Shown here one piece after another: positions 36,529 through 46,838 of a stretch of DNA of 64,000 bases (position 1 is its first letter; every line of letters starts with the position of its first letter). The position numbers and the translations under genes were made by a program. Below the pieces are notes generated by a model. The model did not search any database. It was not told where the DNA came from and saw nothing but the letters and a program-made list of their open reading frames with translations. Origin of the DNA: Macrostomum lignano (taxonomy: Eukaryota); the NCBI GenBank assembly GCA_002269645.1, contig NIVC01000273.1, positions 225,165-289,164 on the forward strand, given 5' to 3'.

Positions 36529-37165
36529 TTCGTTATTTTGATTATTGAGAGCGATTGTTATTGCCGGCCGTTACTGTTCAGTTGATTTTATTGAGTTTGA
36601 GGCCTCCCTTTTCCCAAGGGATTGGATAGGATCTGCGGACCGATTCCGATACCCTTAGAGGATTATCGAGTTATTGATTTTGGATTATCCTAGATTAACA
36701 AAAAGGAGCACACTACTCCGATTCCGTTAGTTCTAGAAGAAGACGCCCTTTCTGGAGGACCTCGTATTGTTATAGAAGTTGATTTTGTTCTTAGGGCGCA
36801 TCGTTGATATTGATTTCTGCACTCGAGTAATACATTGAGTTCTGCACTCGAGGCATACATTGACTTCTGCACTCGAGGAATACATTGAGTTCTGCATTCG
36901 AGGAATACATTGAGTTCTGGATTTGAGGAATAAATTGAGTTCTGCATTCGAAGAAATACATTGAGTTCTGCACTCGAGGAATACTGCGACGTCGATTTTA
37001 TTGTTACGCTCTCACTTTCGGCTGATTTTAGACTTTAAGAAGACTACCCCGGGAGGAACAGCTCTACGGAGACGAGACACTCGCGATAAAGAAGAGGAGC
37101 CCGCGACAAGTGTCTGGAAGTGGGAGTTTTCGAGTGACTGATCACCACTCGATCAAACTCTTCAC
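36529..37165 (+). other. Remainder of the L3 leader, with an expanded ~24-bp tandem repeat (36810-36985) and hairpin loop at 37137-37145
   Basis: Colinear with the L1 and L2 leaders. Confidence 0.7.
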
Positions 37166-38279
37166 ATCTAGAATTTCGGCTCACGCGTTCTCTTTAAGCC
37201 TAGTATCTAACGAAAGCAAAATACAAAACCATCTCTTTGAACAGGTCACAACTTGTTCCACCGAAGGCAGGTCATTTTGTGTCTGAGAGTCTTTTGTGTT
37301 CCTGTCTTACTCATTTTTCTTACCCCTTGAAAGCAACACCAAAGGAAGAAGAGAATCACTGAAATAGGTGAAAAAATACTAAAAACAGGTGAAAGTTGTC
37401 TGAAAATAGCGATTTTTTGTGATTTTAAAATATTTTGAAAAAGTCCCATCTTCACGATTCAGCTCTAAAACCATGAGAAAAGTTGGATTGGCGGGTCATT
37501 TCAATGCCATTTTAGATACATACAATTTGAAATTGGTATCAAATTGCAGATTGCTTCCAGATCTAGACACGCATCACTCGCTCGCTCGTTCTCTCAGTAA
37601 AAACCCTATAATACACGCCAACCCCTACTACTACACATCACTCTCTTAACAATGACACACAACCTCCCTCTGTCTCTTTCTAATCCTAACTTAGCACGCG
37701 CACACTGTGGCACAATGAGACTAATCATGGACACGCTTAACCACGTTTTTTTGCTTAGTGTACTCACGAGGCCAGAATGCGAGGCTCAGCGGCTTTTTTC
37801 TTTCCGAGGCCAGGTAGCTTTTTTCTTTGCGAGGTCAAGTGGCCTTTATATGTGGCCTTTTTTGTCCATAAATACTCATGGCAGATGAAATTCCACACAG
37901 AGTAAAAAAAATCCGAATCTCTAGCTCCACCCAAAATGCCATCGCTTGCAACTCAAGAGAAAAGAATCGCTAAAGTACGCTCCAAGCAGAAAGACATACT
38001 TGCTCATCTCCAAAAGAAGCACAGGGCTAATGATTTGTGCAAGATCCAATTGAATACAATTCTCTAAGGTTGCAACTCTTCATCACTTCAACGCGATACG
38101 GATTTTCTAAATTCCGTAAATGTGAGTAATCTATCCGTTTTTGCATTGACTTAAGAATATCTAACCAAAATCCATTATTTTTTAGAAATTTCAAGAACTG
38201 ACTAAGTCCAATAAGTATCAAAAAGAAAAACTACAATCTTTGAAAAAGGCTAAGCGCGAAAAGGCGCCACCATCCCAAT

Positions 38280-38425
38280 TGGATTGCAACGTTTGCCTCA
38301 ATTAGATGAACGATTCAAGTCTGCTTCATTGAGGACATATCTTTCTGTCTGGATTGCCTTAAAAGGCTACATGGCGAAGGACAAATTATATGTCCAATCT
38401 GTCGCGTCGTGACGACAGTTGGCAA
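38280..38425 (+). pseudogene. C3HC4 RING-finger pseudogene
   Basis: CNVCLN*...H*GHIF-CLDCLKRL...IICPICR, with stops and a frameshift. Confidence 0.65.
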
Positions 38426-38649
38426 TGCTGATGCTCAGACAAAAAACTTTTGTGTTGAGTATTTTGGGACTGCCAAGTTTTCTAGACCCTTCGGCTCAGA
38501 GCACCGCCTCTGATGATCAGATGGATGAAGACTAGACGGACATGAAGAAGATTTAAGACAATAATGATCAAAAATGGTACTATCAAGCATATTGACTAAA
38601 GAAAAAGCTAACTACTAAAAATAACAATCGGGGTAAGTTCGCAAGTGCA

Positions 38650-38850
38650 CTATATTTAGAAGTTTGCAAACTCACTACAGCCGATTCGATAAGCCTGCAG
38701 CATACCAGGCCAGCTAACTTTGCGAGCTAGATTGCTGTCTATTAGAGCTGAAGAAAATAACATTAAGAGTATTTTCTGAACCAAATATGCTAGTTCATCA
38801 TTTGCTCTCTTAACTAAAAACCCAACTATGTTCGTCAATCATTATCGAGA
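38650..38850. repeat. About 200-bp block duplicated at about 43240-43450
   Basis: Both copies read MTNIVGFLV.RA.DELAY.VQK.LLM..SSALI.SNLA.KVSWPGMLQAYRIGCS on the minus strand. Confidence 0.7.
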
Positions 38851-38975
38851 AAATCAAGCACTGGCAGTGAAGTTGCCGCGCGGTGTTTTCCCACTGTTGA
38901 ATAACTTGCAAGTAAAATGTCGCCGGCGATTCTTTGACGAGCCGGAGTCGAAGGCTGCCGGAGAATTTATACTCG

Positions 38976-39360
38976 TGTAGGGAGTTATTAAACCATACAG
39001 TAATGCTCTACTTAAAGTAATATTCTAGGAAAGTCAATTTATTCTAGAATGAGTCATATCTATTTTAGGAATCACGCGCAAACAGAATGATTTAGAACGC
39101 TACATTGTTTGATCAAGGATCCGGATTCCAACAGCTGTATTTGCTTAACCCCATATATGGTAATGCTCAAACATGCATGACCGCTTAAACAAACATTTAC
39201 GACCTAAGTAAATACCCAATTTAAAACCGGTTTTTCTCCAAAAATTTTGCTATAAATATAAATGATAATTCGAGTCAAAAGTTCAGACTCAGAGCGGTCT
39301 TTACGAAGACTCCGAAGGAACAAAGAAGAAGAACAATCTCTGAGGGACCACACTTGTCCA
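38976..39360 (+). mobile_element. LTR L4 (385 bp, divergent), 5'-type
   Basis: TGTAGGGAG start; CTACTTAAAGTA block; TATAAATA; TCAGAC; CA followed by ATTGGTAAGC; leader runs to the hairpin at 39870-39878. Confidence 0.65.
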
Positions 39361-40080
39361 ATTGGTAAGCGTTTACCGGATTCAGTTCTTTGATTGTTAG
39401 CGTTAATAAGTGGATTTATTGAGTTATAAGATAGCAGTTCGTTGTCGATAAATTTGAGAAAGGCTTCCTTTGTTTCCTAGGAAATATTCCTAGAGGATTA
39501 TTGATATGAATTCAGTTATCCGTTACGTTTCGGACGTAACGAAGAAGACCTATTACAGAAACCTAGAGAATTTAACTGTTCAATTGTTCATTAGGGCGCA
39601 CGTGTTATTGTTAATTCCGAGCTCGAGGACCGTCAAGAATTCTGATTCTCGTTTTGGTCGACCCACAGATAGGAGTCAAGTACTCCAGAAGATCACAGTC
39701 GTTCACCGAAACCGGCCCCCACTACCGCTCAACCAAGCCAGACAGCACTAAACACCACAAGGCCCAGACGTCTGCAACTACGAGAGGATCCACTCCAGTA
39801 AGAGTTATTTGAATTTGCAAATACCTAGGCACTTGTTCCCCAGTGTCTAGAAGTGGGAGTTTTTGAGTGACTGATCACCACTCTTAAACTCTTCACTCGT
39901 TCGGTGTCCTTGTCATTCTTTTCAATATTGTTGGAATTTATGCTATATGCTATATGTTATATGCCGATAACGGAAATTGTGCAATCCCCGCGTTGATTGA
40001 GTTTCATATGAAGGGGAGATCTAGGTCATTGAGTTCTAGGTCAAGAGGAGACTTGGAACTGTTCGAACGATAGATTGCGA

Positions 40081-40749
40081 ATGACAATGGCCGAGGCTCA
40101 GGACGGATCGCCGGAAGAGTATTGGAAGGCGCAGGAGGGGTACTTTGAAGAATTGGAACGTAAATTCGCTTCCGTAGACTACGGTAGCGATCGACTCCGA
40201 CGAGTGTCGCCCTTGAGTAGACCGTCTGGTAAGTATAGTTTTTATGGCTGCCACTCCTCTTGTATTGCACCTTATTTTGACAGGGCATCATATACCGACT
40301 TCAGTAGACGGTCGGCGAGACCTCCGTCCGGTCGCGGTAGTTCCGCCTAGTGTGCGGGGCCGCGAGGATCCATATGACGGGGAAATTACTATAGGGAGGA
40401 ATACGTTCCCACCAAGGACAGAGGTATGTAATATGCATTCTGAGTCCGATTGCTTTGTGGTAGTATAACTTACTATACCTTTATCTACTGGTAGGATTAC
40501 TTCAACGCAAGGACGGCAGCTTTGGAGGAGCTACGCGAGGAGCGACCCGAAGTTCGCTATCGTGAAGTGGGTTACGATGTAAGATTGATTTTTAGTTAGT
40601 AGTGCCTGATCTTGTACTTGACGAGTTCATTTTGCCTTTTTTAGCAACTATGCATGAGTGACCGAGTACTTTTGCAGCACCAGTGGGCGACGACAGTTTT
40701 TGCACGAATGCATGAAGTGGGGCTGGAGATGGTGGCTCGGGGAAGGGAG
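40081..40749 (+). CDS. Multi-exon hypothetical gene downstream of the L4 leader (exons 40081-40228, 40284-40423, 40495-40578, 40645-40749; probably continues)
   Basis: Three GT...AG introns of 55, 71 and 66 nt whose removal gives one open frame (phases 1, 0, 0). Confidence 0.65.
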
Positions 40750-43632
40750 GTACGAGACAATATTCGTATGCTTTTCTCATCACATATTGCATTAATAAGT
40801 AAAGAATTTCCATTCTCATTTTTGGAGTTTTTAGCCATGGTGAGTGGAGATGAGCTTTTTGGTGTGGGTATAATTCACTCGTCGTATGAAAATAAATGTT
40901 ATTGTCTGTTCTTTATTCTTGAATCGTAGATTCGCGGACGTGGTCGTGGGACTCGAAACGAGGTATGGATATTGTATTTTAATTGAATGTGATCCCAGTT
41001 CAATATTGTAGCCCAGTTCTATTTTCTGCTGTTGCGTATTTCAGGCTGCGTGTGTTTCGTCCAGCCCAAAACAGCTTACAATGGTCAGTAGTCGCTTGGC
41101 ATGGATTAAACATTGAAGATATAAAGGCTGGAATCTTATTTGACATTTCAGGCGAATTGCACGATCGGAGAAGGGCGAGCTCCCGGACCATCGCAGCCAC
41201 GTGTCCCGGTTAGTGATACATCGGAAACCATGCTCTTTATTTTGGCGGGATGTACATAAGTAGCTAGGTTTGGGAGGTGCTCTTCACGTGCCGGTTTAAG
41301 ATGGAGTTACGAGGTTTTATGGTAGTTGAGTTCATGTTATTTAGTGTGAGTCGGGTCCGTTAATGCATGAACCAGTTCTACTTTATGCTGCCACGCATTC
41401 AAGACTGCATGGCATTGATTAAATCTTGAGGGTGTAAAACAGTTGAAATCTTATTTTTTTAAATTGCAGACAAATTTCGTGTTCGAACGGGGGCGGACTG
41501 CTGGACCGCCGCAACCTTCCACGGTTGGTGTTACGTAGAAGAACATGCTCTTCTTTGTAGGGTGTACACAGTCATATCGGGTTGGGGGACAGGCTGGTAG
41601 TGGTTTAGGGTGAAATATGCAAGTCTATGGTGGTAGAGTTTGTGTTACAACAAATAGTTATTTATACAATCAAATTTTAGATTCCGAAGCCGCCATCCGG
41701 AAGTGGATTTCCTGGTGGTGGTAGGGTTAGTGAATTTTATATTGATTGCAGCGTAGTAAATTGACCTGGTAAATGTATGTCATCTTCCTTGGTTTCAGGA
41801 TGCGGACCTGTCGTAGGCATTCGGGACTCGGCGTGTGGGTTGGCTCCGTCGCCGCCGTCGGCTTGTTTTATGTGGACTGTAGGGGAATTGTATTTGTAAA
41901 TATCTCGTATGCGACTTTTATTTAGTGAAGGCTTGAACATATGTGTATATTTATTCTTTTGGATTCGCTCTGTGTGCAGTATCGTACATGTAAATACAGT
42001 GTGGCGTAGTTCCAAGGCCTTCGTTCGATGTAAGGGCTTGCCAGCGGGGTGTCTCTGTCTTGTTGTGTCATCTTTTATTTACTTGTTAAAAACTTTTAAT
42101 ACAAAAATATACCGGTTTGTCAATGAATGTATTAAAACTTGTAGTGCTAAACTACACGGATTCGATGTTGGTTGAAGTAGCTACTGAAGCCGGCGCTCAA
42201 TCGAGAGGGCGGATAAGGTAAACAAAAGTGGAAGATATGCTTATGTGTAGATGCCGCGGAGACGGATGAAAAGTAACAGAAAATATGCGAAAAAGTATAA
42301 GTACGAATATGAGTGGTTGGTATCGAGGTTTTGAGTTCTATGGGTAAAATATTGAAGCCTAGTGACGGTCCCCTGGTTCTAATCTACGTAGAAATGAAAA
42401 ATACTATCCTGGTCCTAAAATTGTAGACGTTTCGAGAAGTTTAACAATACAGCATAATAAATACAATGTTCATTAGCAGGTAGGCGAGTACACTTAATGG
42501 CGTGCGAGTATAAGATAAGTAGGGGTACGATTTGTAGGCGGCACGCTTGAGCGGGTTAGGACCGGGTGGGGACAGTATTCATTTTTACATGTAAAATTTC
42601 GCATTTTTTGCGAAAACTAATACTACTCGCAAATATTAATATCCAAATCAATACTAAATACTAAAGCTGGAAGCTGGAATACTGAAGCTGAAAATCATTT
42701 GATTAAGACGTGACTATTCATACAGATGCATAAACGAATCTGTAAAAATCAGAAACTGCTATCGTAGAGAATGTGGAATAAAATACACAATTACGTCGCG
42801 CAATTTTAGCGGCTCCCAACTCGATCCACTCCTTCCCCTCAACCAACCCTGACCCTTCCTAATCCACCACACGATCAGTCGTCCGTATGAGTAATTTATT
42901 TGAATATAATATCCTACCGACAGCAGTCCGGAAAATTTTCCAGTCCTGTCCTTACACTCACATTGCATTCAACAACGAATATGGATAAGTCCGCCCGAAA
43001 GAAAGAATTAGATGAGCGATAGGTGAGAGACGGTAAGCAATTATTGGGCTTTTTGATCGGGTAGTAATGGGCTGCGTTTTCTCTCTTTGCAGTGTTCAAA
43101 AACGGGGTGTTTGCGCGGCCACCTCCGAGGTACATGTACCCCGAGAATGTCACCGTTTCCGACGGCGAATATGCCCTGGCTGCACAAGCCCTAGGTGCTA
43201 GGTGATACCGTTTTTTCTTCTGGGAAAAAACACAAGTCCACTATATTTAGAAATATGCAAAGTCACTACAGCCGATTCGATAAGCCTGCAGCATGCCAGG
43301 CCAGCTAACTTTGCCAGCTAGATTGCTCTCTATTAGAGCCGAAGAAGATAACATTAAGAGTACTTTCTGAACGAAATACGCTAGTTCATCATCTGCTCTC
43401 TCAACTAAAAAACCCAACTATATTCGTCAATCATTATTGAGAAAATCAGGAACTAATTTCTAACGATGTTCGTCTTCTTATCTTACTAAAGATGTTGAAT
43501 AAGGAACGGGCTGCACTGCAAGTACAACGAGAAATTGAAACTGCGGAGACAATGAATAATGTGGCAGTCACTCAAAATGACACCAAATTAAACTTAAACA
43601 TGAGCGATCAAGCAGGGAATGGGCACTAATGT

Positions 43633-44110
43633 TATGTGTGAAATCGAAGAGTACAAAGATGGATTTTTTTTATATACCATCAGATGGTAATTGTTTCTAT
43701 AAATGTGTCAACTTTGCTTATGGTGATAAAGCCCCAACTAAAGACTTGGTTTTATGACTCTATAACTTAAAGAGGCACCATGACAAATTCAAAAATAGAA
43801 AGTTTAATAAGCATTTAAATTCTAATATGGGGGTTATATAACCCAACCAATCGCGCTATTGAACCAAAGTCCCAAAAAATCTAACTCGAATGGTTATTAA
43901 TAAATAATTTTCACTCGACAGATTATCACATAGGTCATTATTGGTTGATCAGGAATTCACAAGAGGGCTTGGTCTTCAACATATCAGCGACAACTATAAA
44001 TTAATTTACAAAACTCCAACTACTGAAAACGTTTCTAGGATAGAAGTGTTTGATCACCAACTTTGGCAACTAAAACAAATGTCTATATATTTGATTTTGA
44101 AACATAATTT
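43633..44110 (+). pseudogene. OTU-like cysteine protease/deubiquitinase remnant
   Basis: YIPSDGNCFYKCV catalytic-Cys motif near 43674-43700; stops and indels downstream. Confidence 0.6.
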
Positions 44111-44187
44111 AAAATACAGGAAGTAGAGGAAGACTACAGGAAGAAAACCGAGAGTACGGAGACTGAACCAATCGCGGCTGGAGAACC

Positions 44188-44714
44188 ATGACTGCCTTTC
44201 CTGTCGAAGCAGTTCTGACGCTGCGCCATCTGGCTGACGGAGCAAGACTACACATTGGGGAGGAGTCAACAAACGGCGAATGCTTCTTCCGATCTGTGAC
44301 GTGGACTCGGCCGGGGGAGAAGAAGCGCCAACGAGTAGAAACAGAAAATTCATTTTTTCCTAATTCTTCCCAACTTTCAGCCACAACAACAATTTCAGTG
44401 GAATCGGGGCTGATGAAACATCAAGCAACGGAACAGCAAGTTGTTGGTGAGACGACTAATACCACCTCGTCACCGAAACGTCTGCCTGCGCTATTGTAAG
44501 TAAAGCGGCTGCGGGAGTGTGCTGTACTTCCTCTGTACAACCTCCTACAAACGCCCTTCCTGCGGAGGAAATCTACCTCAACCTACTTCACGAGACCAAC
44601 ACTCGGGAGTACGCAGCCGTTCAACACCTCATTTGGCCCATAGCATTACTAACGGCAAGTATCAATAATTACTTTATCACAACGCTCAACGACCACTTTG
44701 CTTCTTGCTACTAA
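44188..44714 (+). pseudogene. OTU-motif-like N-terminus (NGECFFRSV) upstream of a RING-family C-terminal domain
   Basis: 44517-44714 EEIYLNLL...YAAVQHLIWPIALL matches the double-RING C-termini; the OTU assignment rests on one short motif. Confidence 0.4.
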
Positions 44715-44856
44715 ACATTCACATAGCTCAATTGACTCTACCTTCCACTAAATATGGCCACATAGAAAACAGCATTGTTTCTGCGCACCAATCACAAACA
44801 ATAACCATCGAAACACCCGAGTCCACTACAATTAGTCTACGATAATATATATATAT

Positions 44857-45537
44857 ATGCCACTACTCGCCTACATACATAGCGCAGGCCCTACCAAACT
44901 ATCCTACCACGCTACCATATCTTGCCTTACAATTCCCGAAGAAGAATGCCCCGTCTGCCTGGAGGCCACCTTTCAGCAGGTGATGTGCCAACACGGGCAC
45001 AAAACCTGCTTCAGGTGCGTCGACTCCGGCATGATAGCCACCTGCCCACTATGTCGCGACCCCCTAATAGCGTGTAGCCTTTGCGGGGATAATCCCCAGG
45101 TGAGGCTGTGCCAGTCCCGTCACTGGTGCTGCTTCACCTGCTTGCAAAGGCTAGGTACACGTGGTATCACCTATTGCCCTAATTGCCTTGACACTCTCCT
45201 TCCCCCGACAGTAGAATTAAACCGAAACATTGAAATCTGGCCAGAGGTAGGCCTACATAACCTAGACCAATTCACTACAAAAGAAATCGCCAACAACATC
45301 CGAGAGTGGCCGCTGCCGGTCACGTCGCACGACGCACGCCGGCGACTGCTAGCTCTCGGGCGGCAACACGCGACAATGGAACCACCGAGACCAGCAGAAG
45401 ATGTGTACTACCAATTAGCCAACACAACGGACACCGCCCACCAGATGCAACTACAGTACCTGTTCTGGCCAGTAGCCATTCTGGTGACCCGAACACAACG
45501 AGAGATACGGCGCACCTTGACCGATATTTTTGATTAA
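44857..45537 (+). CDS. Intact tandem double-RING protein (putative E3 ubiquitin ligase)
   Basis: CPVC...CQHGHKTCFRC...CPLC followed by CSLC...CQSRHWCCFTC...CPNC; conserved C-terminal domain. Confidence 0.78.
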   Translation: MPLLAYIHSAGPTKLSYHATISCLTIPEEECPVCLEATFQQVMCQHGHKTCFRCVDSGMIATCPLCRDPLIACSLCGDNPQVRLCQSRHWCCFTCLQRLGTRGITYCPNCLDTLLPPTVELNRNIEIWPEVGLHNLDQFTTKEIANNIREWPLPVTSHDARRRLLALGRQHATMEPPRPAEDVYYQLANTTDTAHQMQLQYLFWPVAILVTRTQREIRRTLTDIFD

Positions 45538-45814
45538 ACACTGACACTGTCACGTACTTAACTGTTTTACTTCTACGTTGCTCTGCAATGTGTATCTTGT
45601 ACATTCGTATTTGACTCTCCTCATTACGTGAAAATTGCTCTGTTTCCCGTTTATATTGTGTCACCATTTCACAACACAACATTTGTAATTGCTTAGCATC
45701 AGGCATGCGATTGTTCACATACTCTTTACTACGTAAGATGAAAATCATTGTAACAACCATGTAAATAAAACAATATCCACCATTTTGATTACTCACCTTA
45801 TAACACAAATTTCG

Positions 45815-45856
45815 AGTTTGAAAAATGGGGTATGGAAGTAATTTTCTATTACTACT
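45815..45856. mobile_element. Right-hand Polinton terminus of the same TIR family as the mini-Polinton
   Basis: GAAAAATGGGGTATGGAAGTAATTTTCTATTACTACT matches 36491-36528; partner end not found in window. Confidence 0.75.
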
Positions 45857-46774
45857 CCTAGCTACTACTGCTTCGTTTTCCAGAATGAGGCGTCCAGCAA
45901 AGTGAAGGAGGTTGAATTCTGGGATCTAACGGACGATTAAGTGAAGTAAGTGATGTGAATCTACTTAAGTTTACCTTGCTTGTGGCATCTCTAAAATTAA
46001 GCAAATTTTTAGATTAGTATGGCGAGACAGAGCAGGCAAGCCAGCGCCAGAATGTAATCCGGCAGTATTTCTTAATAGCGCGATTGAAGACTCGGTGCGG
46101 TCAAAGGCAATGGCTACAGACTAAAACTTGACTAAATTTAGTTTTTATTCTGATTTACTCATACAGATTTGGTTTGTCTCTTGGTTCGAGTGAAATTCTG
46201 ATCCTTTTTAGGCTCTCAGTTTAATAGGAAAACCTTTCTACTTGTAAAACGAACAGTTAGATTCTCATTTCAGACGTTATCCGAAAAGACGGGGGTTACG
46301 AAAGTACAGTTGGAATCCAATCTCTAACTTAAGGCCACGTCTCCCAATACCCCCTCAAATTTGGGTTTGATGGACATACTCTCGCGAGGGGGGGGGGTGA
46401 ACGCTCGGCTTTTCGCTCTCGGTTTTCAAGCTTTTGTCTGCCTTTTCCTCGCAGCTATAGAGTTATCGTGGCCCTCTCTTCGATGTGTGTGTGTGGTAAG
46501 CGTTCGCATGAAATTGTCTAGGTAAGGAACTCGGGCTTGCTACACTTATTTGCTTGCCTCGATTCTTATAACGCAGCTGTACATCGGATTGAGTTTCTTT
46601 GGAGAGGTTAGTAGATGAAAAATGGTATTTTCTTTCGTTCTTTGTGAATGTCAATTTGGGTAGAATAGTTCCATATTCTACAGATGGTTCGGTACCTTAC
46701 CCATTGATTCGTATTCGTAATGGAAAAAACGGCTCTTGTTCTTGTCTTGTCTTATCTTGTCTTGCTACAGGCAC

Positions 46775-46838
46775 TTGTACCCCAGTGTCTAGAAGCGGGA
46801 ATTTTAGAGTGATTGATCACCAGTCTTAATCTCTTCAG
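46775..46838 (+). other. Fifth, orphan copy of the leader hairpin (loop ATTGATCAC at 46812-46820)
   Basis: CCCAGTGTCTAGAAG flank and TGATCA loop palindrome are retained. Confidence 0.6.

Noticed and set aside
46385-46400. GAGGGGGGGGGG-TGAAC as a PPT plus the start of another LTR
   Set aside because: No matching CA end, TSD or homology to L1-L4 found; cannot be supported
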